DNA of 64,000 bases, taken from Phoronis australis. Lineage: Eukaryota; Animalia; Phoronida. Under the pieces are notes generated by a model that made no database searches, was not told the DNA's origin, and saw only the letters and a list, made by a program, of their open reading frames with translations. The stretch spans positions 1 through 64,000 of the forward strand of contig NMRA01000272.1 of the NCBI GenBank assembly GCA_002633005.1, given 5' to 3'. Numbering within the stretch: position 1 is the first letter of the stretch; the number at the start of each line of letters is the position of its first letter. A program made the translations under genes and the position numbers. Positions 53,205-64,000 of this stretch are shown in pieces.

Positions 53205-53519
53205 ACGCGAGTGAGCGTCCGTGCGTGTCTGCACTGTTCGTATCGACTTCTATCAATTGTGAAGCCCTTTTTGTCAAATTTAGGAAACCAGACCAAATAT
53301 TCAAATTAACATAAACGAAAAAAATTCGAACTTTCGACATTTGTCAAAGCCCTGCATATCCTAAAGGCAATGGATCTCATTAGCTCTCGAGGAGTAACTT
53401 GGCCATAGACATTAGTCACCCAAACTACAGGTGTATAGTATATGTTTGGTCAAAGGTTTTCTCATTCAACATGCATTTTACTGCCTCAAACGTAGTTAAA
53501 GCAAAGGGTCATTTTGTAG

Positions 53520-53846
53520 ACGGTCCATACTCACTCAGATACAGATACACTGGCATCTACAAGTGTTTCCAGTTGACGTGTGTCGTCCCCAACGGCACAT
53601 TGTTCACCTTGCAATGTTTAACGGACGAAGCATCACCTGCAGTAAGGATGAAGTACACGATAAGGGCCCCTCAGACAGTTTGGACGGTAGAACCAAGAGT
53701 CAAACCATACAGTGACTACAAGTATGAAGCAAGTTTTGAATTCTCAATCGCACCCAAATATGACGAAGCAGTTATTGAGTGTACTGCGCAAAATGGACGT
53801 AGACCCGATCATCGCCGTCAGATTTATGTTACATTGAACATTCCAG
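53520..53846 (+). CDS. Ig-domain exon 17 (327 nt)
   Basis: tag|AC GGT CCA ... CCA G|gtacaa; FTLQC..IECTAQN. Confidence 0.87.
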
Positions 53847-56642
53847 GTACAAACTCCTTGCATGAAGTAAAAGAGTGGTCAACGTAGTTGATTTTTTATG
53901 TTTGAATATACTTGGGTGTAATCAAACTTTAGTTAGTTGTTCAATCGCAACTCTGAAAAGAGCCTTTAAAATGACTGACGGTGAACTGCTTAAAAGCAGG
54001 AAACGAGTGACTGCAAAAGTTATTAGTCTATTATACCAGACCCGTAAGAAGTTTAAAACTATTTGGAGGGCATAAATCAATTGAACTTCGTTAAAATTAT
54101 GCTCTCCACCGTTTTATTGCCGACACCTCTGCTCCATTTCCGTGATATCCGACTCTACGCTCGTCACAGTTGGGGAGACAAAGACAGGGGAATCGCCAGT
54201 CTGAACTTGAGTTACCATGCTTTAACAAAATTTCACGGAGAGTGAGAACTAAGGGCAAGCCTAAGCAGGGTAGGTGGGAGCTGAGTTGGCTGCCTCAAGT
54301 GAACTGTAATTGTGAGCTGATCGCTCACACCAACTGAAGGTATAAAATACGAATTGGATAAAATACGCTAGCTATGATTTACTTGAGACGGGCAATTCAC
54401 CTTTTACCTACCTGCCCTATCAGTCTGCTTTGAAGATAAAGATTCATTTTATTACAGTTCAGTTTTGGGGAAATATAATTTTATTAGGTACAGTTTTAAA
54501 GAGTGAAGTTGCAGGGTCCGTTACACACTACTTTTCAAACCCCTTGTGAAAACACGGGTAGCTCCCTATTTGGTGGCGGGTAACAAATGACACACAGGGT
54601 GTCCAAAAACGAAGTCAAATTTCAGTACAACGCCTGCTATTTAAATTCAGTTGCCGAGGATCAGATCCAGCAGATCTGTATGACAAGCAAGTAACGCAGT
54701 TTTGGAAAAGGAAATTTTAGTGCGCATAGACTGGAAAATAAAGTTATCATGGAGGTGCAAATATAATTTATCTCTTCAAATTGATGATCAATGAGTTTAT
54801 TTCCTTTTAATAACTATTTGATCTCCTGTTAGTGAAGTACTAATATTGTTTCTATGTCAATAAACAATGCATTTATAGTCATTTACATTGTGAGCGCAGT
54901 CCAATTCTCAATATACAGTACATGGGGATTATTGGAAATATGCAAAAAATGGCCGAATGTATTTCGGTATTAGGTGTTCAGATGATCATCAATTTCAAAA
55001 AGCTATGAAGCAATCGATTTTCGTAATGTATAAACGTTTAAACCAGAATCCCAAAATTTGCTGATTATAGAAACGGAATAGTACTAGCAATTCTGGAAGA
55101 CATGGTAGCAGAATCTTGATGGACATCCGGGGGAGCATGGATACGGGGCATCACACGGGGCTTGAGGGTCTCCCCAAGAAATTGTATTTGCGTTAATGCG
55201 TATTCCAGAGTTAGCTATTATTTTAATGAGTCGACCTTCAAAAATCGTTGAACTTGTCAAGACGTCTACATTACTTTAAGTACCTCAGCCCCTTGATCAT
55301 GTATTATGTGCAAATGGAAAGCAACAGCCCAAGTAGCCTATCTGACGTGTGCCAAACATAGTAATGATCTTCAAAAATTGCTATTCTTATGATACTATAA
55401 GAAAACTATCAACAATTTACATTTGATGAACCATGCGAACGATTCTTGTTGTGAAATTTACAAATTTTGATATTCCCGAATTCAAACTTGCATCCTTTTG
55501 ATGGCGGTCTATTCTATTGTATTGTTATTCTATTATATTTTTATTAAAATCGCTTTTGGTTGATTTCGTTGTTGCTGCCTAAATAATTGATACTGCTTTG
55601 CTTTGCACGAATTTGTTTTTTTTTCCAGTGAATTTGGAATTTTATCGCTTTCCCTGGTGAATAGTTGACAGTGCAAGATTTGTAGAGGGCTAATGAAAAA
55701 TCGCCCAACGCCGCCCTTCGGATAAAAGACGTCATCTGAAAGAGGAACCCTATAAACATGAAAAGTTAAATACCATTCAAAATTGGAAAAGAGTGACAGT
55801 TAATTCCCTTATACGGAGACCCTCCAATACCTGATCTTTTTACATATAAAATCCTGTATGCTTTCGCAAAAAACAGTAAAAGAAAGGCAATGGGTTTTAT
55901 TGCTTGCTCTTCTCTCAATGAGAAACACGAAACGGTGAGTGCTTACATGTCATCATCGGATCCCGTCGAAGGACTTTGACCCTAATTGTTAAAGCATACA
56001 CAATTTCAAAGAAAAACACAAAATGACTAGCAAGTGATGCTGTGTGATTTTCATTTTCTATCAAGTCTACAATTTCGAGAAAAAACGGAAATAAAAGCAA
56101 AAATGACTTCATTATCCCTTGCCTCGAAGCTGGCCATAGACAATAGTTTTGTAATCCTTAAAATAGTGTCTTTATATTTAAAAACCCAATTAATTACTAT
56201 GCACTTTAACCGATTTTCTCGATTTTTTCGAAGTCGGTGTGAATGATTCCCACTTGCCTTTCTAAGACGATCTATTAGCAATGCTGCAAAAAATGGACTT
56301 CCTAACAACAATGTCTAGGCCAGGGACCTGAGAGAGTAAATCAAGTAAAGGCAGTTGACGAATATTCTCTTAATTTTTCTGTCTTCGTGTTTCACGGTCT
56401 TTCTTTTCTCGACAGTTCTCGGCCCCACACCTATGCCGGCTTAACTTATACATTTGCATACTATTGGAGGGCGGTATGTGCTCCCCTCACATTCTACGGC
56501 CTTTTTCACTCCGAACAGTGACAATATCACAACAGTTTACATGCGTTTTTGTTAATATTTGATTTTGTAGTCCAGCTGCGTTGGCTTCAGATACATGTAC
56601 CCCCGGGGCACACCTTAAGACTTTTCTGTAATTCTGTTTTAG

Positions 56643-56981
56643 TTGGACCATCGCAGGTTTCCATTAAGCAATCCGGTGGGCGTTGGAGTGAGGGAAACGC
56701 CATTGTTCTCAAAGGAGACACATTCGTGGTCTTATCGTGTCAGACCGATTACGTAAAAGATGGTGTTATTATGAAGATGCACATGTTCAGAAAAGGCTCA
56801 TCTCAGAAATACCCTCTTCCTCGGGCAAGCGTTCAAGAGATCGGTGACACCAAAACATTCAAAACGGAAATTTCAATGTTTATAGCAACGGAAGACCACG
56901 GCATCAAAATATTCTGCACTGCAACGAACCTGAAAACTGACTATCTGTCTGCGTCCGCTTGGGTTATCGTAGATATAACAG
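56643..56981 (+). CDS. Ig-domain exon 18 (339 nt)
   Basis: tag|TT GGA CCA ... ACA G|gtgact; VVLSC..EDHGIKIFCTATN. Confidence 0.87.
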
Positions 56982-57019
56982 GTGACTTATGGGAAGTCAA
57001 ACCAGTGTTACCGGTCCTG

Positions 57020-57258
57020 GGGCCCGTTCCAAGTAGCTGTTCATTTTTTACTTAAGTTTAAGATATGTCTCAACTTCCAAACTTTGAAACCTCTACAGTC
57101 GGCAAGTTAATCAAATTAAGACAAAACTTATGTCAAACACTTAATTCATACTTAAGATCTCTTTCTTGAAAGGTTTTTGAGACAAATTTAACTTTTATTT
57201 TAAATTTACTAAAATTTAGGATTTGTCTTAGCCAAGTCAGTTTTGTTGGAACGGGTCC
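57020..57258. mobile_element. PIF/Harbinger-type MITE
   Basis: TIR gggcccgttccaa / ttggaacgggtcc; CTG target duplication at 57017-19 and 57259-61. Confidence 0.75.
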
Positions 57259-57991
57259 CTGTTCATTGAGTCACACGTTTTGGTACCTGGTGTTTGCAAA
57301 ACAAGCTTATATAATACCTACACTGATACATGACTGGTCTTAAAGTTTACCTTACTCAGAATAAAAACAAAAGAGAGTTCTCGAAGTACAAAATGACCGC
57401 GGGACAGACTAACTTGCTGCGTTTGTGAAAGTTGGAATTAAAGCAATGTTCATTCTGCTTTTAAGACACAAATACAGCAACACGCGGGAAAATTGCTTCT
57501 TTTTGAAATTCACGAGATCGTCATGCCTTCAGATTGTTCAACTTTTGATTCTTGACATTGTTGACTAGTTTAGTAAAAACTTGTCGTGGTATTTTTTAAA
57601 AAAATGTAAAAAGAAAAAAGGCTGCTGTGTTTTACGACATGTTGTTGATAACGAGCGAACGCTTTGTTGCCTGCTCAGCTCACCCGCGTCCGTTGAATTA
57701 GTGCTATTTCATGTCAAGAACGTTGCACGACTTGTTCTTGTCTTGTCTTTTATTGCAATTTATCTTATCAACATCACAGTTCAGTAGCAATGTATTCTTC
57801 ATGCACTGCTTGTCATGTTGAATGTGAATATCATTACCGTGCTTGAAAGGTTGAATATCAGTTGCGTTCTAAGCAAGCTGAGTAATTGTGTGTTCCAGTA
57901 TGGTGAATAACGGAACAACAAAAAAGACTCACGAGGTACCAAAACTAGCAGACTGAGCCAAGCCCTGATCAAAAGTATCCCAGAGAAAGGC

Positions 57992-58880
57992 GTGGCTCCA
58001 AACTAGTTCAAGCGCGATATTTCCCAACACCAAACTAAAATGAAATAAAAGTATTTCATCGTCAAAACGGTGGAAAGTTTTAGAAATCATCTGTAAAATG
58101 ACACCAAATAGGTCCCATTTTGCATTTCTATGAAGCTCTCGTGCACCGGAGGTAAAATTCAACGAAACAAGAAGAGTCTGTCGTTCTCGTCTGTCATAAA
58201 CAGTAATTTTTACGAAATCTGGCTTACTTAATGGACGGATACTTGGTGTTTATTTCATAATTACCACAATTATGTTAAATCATTGTATTTTTTGCGTAGA
58301 ACAGCCTGTTTTTTATAAAATAGCACCAGGCAGTTTTGAATTGAGACCGGCTTCGCGATCATTCACGGGCTAATGCCGTGATTCACATATCTATCGCCAT
58401 ATGTTATGGACGTAACAAAAGCCGGTCAAGATGATGTTTTGATACTGGCTGTTTTGGAGTAGTGTTTCTCATAACACTCGGCTTAAGGTTACTCGACCAG
58501 GAAGTCGAGTCTGCCGGGGCATGTTAATGATCGCTAATTAAAAATGCCTGGTGATATTTTATAGACAACAAGAAAATTCAATATAATAATGTAACATAAT
58601 TTTGCAGATTATTAAATAAAAACCAGGTATCCGTACATAAATAGATCCAAACTTCGAAGAAAATCGCTGTATATCACAGAAGCGAACAAAGTTTTGTTTA
58701 GGTGAGCTCTGCAATTTTACCTCCAGTGTGGAAGACCTTTATAGAGTTGGCAATATAATACGTATTTGGTGACATTTCAAAGAAATTTTCTAAGGCCTCC
58801 CACATTTTTGACGATGAAATATGTGTTTTCGTCTTCACATGGTGTAGGGAAATTCGAGACTCGAAATAGTTTGGAACCAC
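57992..58880. repeat. ~890-bp foldback element with long degenerate inverted arms
   Basis: gtggctccaaacta/tagtttggaaccac, tatttcatcgtcaaaa/tttgacgatgaaata, ggaggtaaaatt/aattttacctcc, acggatacttgg/ccaggtatccgt, caccaggca/tgcctggtg. Confidence 0.75.
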
Positions 58881-59411
58881 TTTTAGTAAAAGCCTTTTGA
58901 ACTGACTTGATAGGAATACATAGATAGATGTGCTGAAATTCATTACAAAAACATTTTAAGGACTATTCCTTTATTATTTTCTTTATTATTTCATATCCTT
59001 AGTAAAACCATATTGTCAAAATTTATGAATTTAAACTTTCCCCCGCCACCACTTTGTGATTTTGCAGGTTTTCTCAGATAATGCCTCTTGACATCGCGCA
59101 TCCACGGATATTTGTCAACTTTATCATCTAATTTTCTGTCGTTGGAGTTGCGGTCACAGCAAAGAAGTAACATTTTGCTGTAAAAACGAATACAGTAACG
59201 TAACTTTAACGAATGGGCTAATAACAAAAACCTGCGGAATTCCTAGGGCGCGAAAACGAGACCGGAATGTGTTGAGCGGATAACGCGGCTTTTTAGGTAA
59301 ATGCAGCAGGATTCGATTGTCGTTGTGTATTTCAGAACAACCCTATTGTCCCATTTACACCTTAAGTAAATGTGGAAACGTTTTCCATTGAACTGTGTTT
59401 TTGGATTTTAG

Positions 59412-59744
59412 TTGGTCCGGAGAAGATTACTTTTCTGCAGTGTGTGGGCGGCAGGCGGCGCCGAGTTAGTGAATGCCTGACAACAGTGGCTGCAAGAATC
59501 GTGTTTATGTGTGTCACGGATAAGGCACTCCAAGCTGTCAACTTTGAGTTCACCTTGCACTTAAAAAGTGGTCAAGTTATCACTCTACCAAAACAAGTGG
59601 ACAAAACGGCATATGACAGTTACGTAGGAAAGGCAGTTTTGGAAATGAAAAAAGATTACGACCTGAGCACTATCTGGTGTCGGACACACAACAGCAGAGA
59701 AGCAACTCTGAAGGCGTCTCGCTCTCTGCGTGTTCATGTCAAAC
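59412..59744 (+). CDS. Ig-domain exon 19 (333 nt)
   Basis: tag|TT GGT CCG ... AAA C|gtaaaa; VFMC..YDLSTIWCRTHN. Confidence 0.85.
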
Positions 59745-60299
59745 GTAAAACTTTTCTTAACAGTTATCTTTTTATGTATGCTAGACTTATTTTATGAGCA
59801 TTGTATTCAATCAGAAACCTAACATTGAAGCTTATTGTATTAACAATCTAACTAAGGAGTCCAGTTTTCGTGTGCCGCGATAAAAATGCATCTGTTGCTT
59901 TAGATTTTTCGAATTTTTATATCTAATGCTTTGTTGGATTTATTTCAATCCTGAAAGTAATAAGGCTGATAAATGTAACCCGGGTGCTCTTCCGAATACA
60001 AATCATTTTATTGTACGTTTATTTGAAACGCCCTCGTGTGAGTAGTGTGCGTGCTGCAAATGCCAACACCATGACGCCAGGAATTGCTGGAGCTGACACG
60101 GTGTATTTACCATTTCTACCAATAAGCGAAATGACACCTGTGTTAAAAATTATAAACGCCCATAGAGTGTTTATAGCTGACAGGGAGAATATATTACCCA
60201 ACAATTACTTGATCCGGTTGACGAAATGTAATTGAACTTGGCTACAACTTGCAACTGCAGAAGGTCACTCAACAGTGTACTTGGGTTGCGTATTCGTCA

Positions 60300-61970
60300 A
60301 ACACTTTGGTGTAAGCTAGGAGGGAAAGTGTGGAGGTTTCAGCTTAACACAAGCAACGCAAGCCCCCTCCGAGGCCAATAAGCCTACCAATGGGAACAAC
60401 AGGACACAAACGACAGCGTTCACGAACCTAATAGCTACCACCAATTGTCCTCCGGCAGTGCAAAAAGGGTAACTAAAATACAGAATGACCCCTGCTGGAC
60501 CGAGACCTTTCACGAATTCTGTCAACAAGTCTGAAGGCTGAGGCCAGAACTGTCGGAGTTTCGGAGCAACAACCAAATAGGCGACAGGTTTGCGACGGAC
60601 AGCGTTCTGAAAAGGTAATTAGTGTGAGCTACTGTACAGGAAAAAATCCAGGTTTAGTAGACGACATCCGGAATAACATAATTGTCATCTCTAGAGCAGA
60701 ACACCAGTGGATACGACGGAGTAGGAAAGGCAAAGCCGACGTTTCCTTTGACAAAAATTTCTTTGCTTTTCCCAAGCAGCTCTTCCACAATACCAAGAGT
60801 GGAAACCTAAGTGTGCCGAGGATCGACCTGCAAGGCTATTTACATAAGGTGTATTCAAAACGAAACAAAGCTGACTTTTTTATAGACCGACACGGCTTCC
60901 ACGACCACTGAAACCAGAGTTTCCATTTGACATGTCTCCCTTTGACTGAGGTTCGGTAGTTTGTACGGAAAGACAGCTCTAAACGTTTCCCGGACTGAAC
61001 AGGATTTCCTATAAGCTATATACGAACTGTCCTACAGTGCTCCATCAGGTGACCTGGAGAGAAGGATTGGTTCCCCAGCATTTGGATTACAAAGGAACTG
61101 AACTCGATTTCTTGCTCAGCAACGTTGCTCTTTGTTGTGCCACTTGAGCTGGTGCTCTTTGGGGCGCAGGATATTACAAAAGTTCTGGAAACTAAGTCTG
61201 ACTTGGTTCTTCCGCCTGCCAAAGCCTTAATGAACAACAGCCATGTTTTAGTCAAAGAATGGCACCGAGAGATTATTGGAACACTTCATCGAGTTGTTCA
61301 CATGGGCTAGAATGAAAGCTAAACCAGCCACACAGCCGCAATCTGGTGGCAGACAAAGGTAAACAGATCCACTTCTTATTTGAGGGGTGAGGACATTCCT
61401 ACGGTGGCTGATAAACCAGTCAAAGTTTTGGGACGCCTTCACACTCTCCCCTTAGTGACACGCAACGCGGCAAGGGCGTTCAGATTCTTATTGAGGATGA
61501 TCTCAAGGCCGTCGATTACAGCCTGCAACCTGGGGGCTTAAAATGGGGAGCTTTCAGTATGGTCCCTGCAAATATATGAAGTCCTATTATTAATGAAAGG
61601 CAGTATGGAATAGCACATCAGTAAGTCCCTATGTATTTGGTTAGGGATCCCTCTGTCGGAGTTTACAGCAGAACTGGAATTCTGCAGCTACCAATTTCAT
61701 CTATCGTGGTGAAATATAAGGCCAGCAAAGTCAGACTGTGACAGACCCAGTTGCCCGTTCAGTGTTGCCCAAAATGTGCTGTGTTCGTGAATAGTCAGCG
61801 GCAAAAACGGCAAAACATGTCGAGGCAAGGCCTGGAAACAAGAATGTAATAGGAGCCATTCAAACAGGGCGTGTTGAACTCGACTGTTCATCCCACAAGG
61901 GGTCCTCGACCGCAGGTACCAAAGTCCGTCACCAGATGACTGACGAAGAGTTCAGCTCGCTTGAGTAAGA
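60300..61970 (+). mobile_element. Heavily decayed R2-group (HERO/NeSL-like) non-LTR retrotransposon fragment
   Basis: 'FFAFPKQLF...SGNLSV..L.GYLHKVYS', 'KPVKVLGR', 'YSRTGILQLPI..KYKASKVR' in broken frames. Confidence 0.55.
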
Positions 61971-62421
61971 GAGCATAACTCTTAAGTACTTTGACAAAAT
62001 AAATTAGTTCACTTTGAAGGGCAAAGTTTTGGGTAATCCGGAACTGGGTACATTTTAAAATTAAAGTTGTAAGGAAGTCTGAAATATTTAAACTGTTTCA
62101 TGAAAGTCAAAGAACGAGAACATGTGACATTGTGTTACATTTAAGACCGCGATAGTTATACATACATGTAGTTCTCATGAGGTACAATTGGATAATTTAA
62201 CCTTGCTTCCGTAAGACAGCTCTTTGTTGATTGGACCCTTTCGCAAATTCCCTGAAGAAAAGGTCCCCGGAAGCGAGATAGATATGTGTCAAGTGCGGTA
62301 TATGTTGTAAAGCTGTGGCACATACGTTCCACTAACAGGGTTAGAATGTGTTCCAATTTAGTACCGTGTTTTGTCTTCCTATGCATTGGTCGTGTCTGAT
62401 TAATTCTCCTGGTGTATTTAG

Positions 62422-62772
62422 CTGGTCCCCCTCTTGGCCCCCATAGCGTCAAAGTTCATTTGATTGGGCAGTACACACTGGAGACGGGGGAAAGTACGGT
62501 GATTGTCACAAATGGCACGGCACTGGACGTCGTCTGCACATCCGGAATTGCCTACGTGGGATCCAACATCAACATAAGGATTATCACGAGACATGGAGTC
62601 GCCACTGATCTGAAAACGCGCAATATACGCGCGTTCAAGAACTCATCCACCCAAGCCACTGCATCTTCAATTATCACTTATCGTCATCACGGAGGTACAT
62701 TAGAATGCACTGCAACCAACACGCGAGCCAAACGACTACGAGCACTTAAACAGTTTCTCATTGATGTGACAG
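62422..62772 (+). CDS. Ig-domain exon 20 (351 nt)
   Basis: tag|CT GGT CCC ... ACA G|gtaggt; LDVVC..HHGGTLECTATN. Confidence 0.87.
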
Positions 62773-63394
62773 GTAGGTCTACAGAAATTAAAAAATGTCC
62801 AGTTTTGTTCGCTATCTTGCATAATTAAGCAAATAGTGCCACCAAGCCGAAGTAGGACTTGTGCTCATTAGATGTGTTTCAAGAAGCTTAACGTTCAGCT
62901 TACGTGCAGGGTTTTTGAACCGCAACTAGCCCCATATTGATATGATTATTTCTGAAATGCTACAACCGTCAGCTTTACTGCTATACACCTTATTCACGCA
63001 GTCGCCATTATAAAAATGAGCCTATTTGTAAGGTTTAGAAATCACACATTCCGCGGTTAATCACTGTGCGGAGCGGGATTTTTTAGCATGCCTCGTTAAT
63101 ATCTATGTCTCAAATGGATTGTTTTTTAAATTTAAAAAGAGGCTTGCTTTTAAAATGGCGACTGCCTGTAATTTTACAGCAAAAATGATGGTGGACAATT
63201 CCCATTGTGATAATTAATACAGGGCAACAAATTAACCTCACTTTTCAGATCTGGCTCTTTTGAGCTTCCGTTGTTACGCTAGTGTCCGTTTCATGTAACT
63301 TATCCCAAAATCCATGACTGGCACTCAGTACAACAAAGTTTAAATGAGTAAATTTTTGCAATAGTGCAAATAATATTAATATGAATTTTCTCAG

Positions 63395-63718
63395 TTGGAC
63401 CATACAACACGGCTATTGAAAGTGCAGACGCCACAACAAAAGTTGTTAATGGTGAGGTAATCGTTGGAAACGGGACACTGGCACAAATTCGTTGCGTTGC
63501 GACGGTTAATCCACTAGCTCTGATGAACTTTTCTTCAAACCTCATCAGCTCCGCATTGCCCATTAAATCCAAAACCCGTGACATATTTACTCGGATTGCG
63601 AAGCAACTATCTTTCACCAGATTCATGGATCATGAAAAGGAGACGTTCGTTTGTTCTGCAACCAATACACGCAATCCATCGCTGGTACAATCCGTCTCTG
63701 CCAACTTGAGAACTGTAG
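63395..63718 (+). CDS. Ig-domain exon 21 (324 nt)
   Basis: cag|TT GGA CCA ... GTA G|gtaaga; AQIRC..ETFVCSATN. Confidence 0.88.
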
Positions 63719-64000
63719 GTAAGAAATCAGCGTTTAACTTAGATAGAAAGGAAGAACAGGGGCCACCTCTGCAGACGCGACCAAATTCAACAAAACAGCA
63801 TCGTCAGAGTTTGGTCATCTTTTATTTAAATCTGTGTTTGTCCTCCCTTACGACCTTCTAGATCCGTCAGTGCACTCATCATGCAAAGGGTAGCAAAGAC
63901 CACTGATTTCCGAAAAAATACAACACAAAGAGCATGGCTTCATATGTTGAGTAGTTGCTGAGAAGTACATCATGCCAATAACAGGAGCAATAAATTTAGA

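Larger units (their letters stand above)
17944..63718 (+). other. Large multi-exon gene (partial): tandem array of 21 one-exon Ig-like (C2/I-set-like) domains, at least 2,265 aa if all are included
   Basis: All exons are AG/GT-bounded, multiples of 3, phase 1-1, with GP..C..(W)..C..V architecture and no internal stops. No 5' or 3' end in the window. Confidence 0.88.

Noticed and set aside
17944-63718. Calling the gene Dscam, hemicentin or nephrin
   Set aside because: No FN3 or TM exons, no clusters of near-identical half-domain exons as in Dscam, and no hemicentin-type DxGxYxC motif; no symbol is justified.
17944-63718. V(D)J-like recombination signal sequences beside the exons
   Set aside because: Scattered CACAGTG heptamers occur, but I saw no consistent heptamer-spacer-nonamer next to exon ends.
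17931-63861. ORF-track entries over the Ig exons read as separate small genes
   Set aside because: Their starts and stops lie in intron sequence; AG/GT sites delimit the Ig domains exactly.

Overview
This is AT-rich, intron-containing invertebrate metazoan DNA; the species cannot be identified from sequence. There are two zones. (1) 1-17.9 kb is a nest of decayed transposons. A Gmr1-type Gypsy LTR element (integrase upstream of RT) has its 3' LTR split by a Sola3-like DNA transposon. A THAP remnant is interrupted by a 1.5-kb Kolobok element with convergent THAP-transposase and KolX/P2X7-ballast-like ORFs. MITEs are also present. (2) 17.9-63.7 kb is the main signal: a + strand array of 21 single-domain immunoglobulin-fold exons, plus one probable assembly or allelic duplicate. 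Each exon is 264-351 nt, AG/GT-bounded and phase 1-1, and nearly all begin with xGP. Spliced in series they give at least 2,265 aa of highly divergent Ig domains. The array shows an A-B-C-D higher-order repeat and a gradient from N-glycan-rich to basic, Trp-less domains. Any exon can join any later exon in frame without a stop. No signal-peptide, transmembrane or terminal exon is visible, so the gene probably extends beyond the window. Its introns hold a CR1/L2-group LINE, an RNase H-bearing LINE fragment, pogo, Harbinger and HERO/NeSL-like relics, and several hairpin elements. All family calls come from motif recognition, not database searches.
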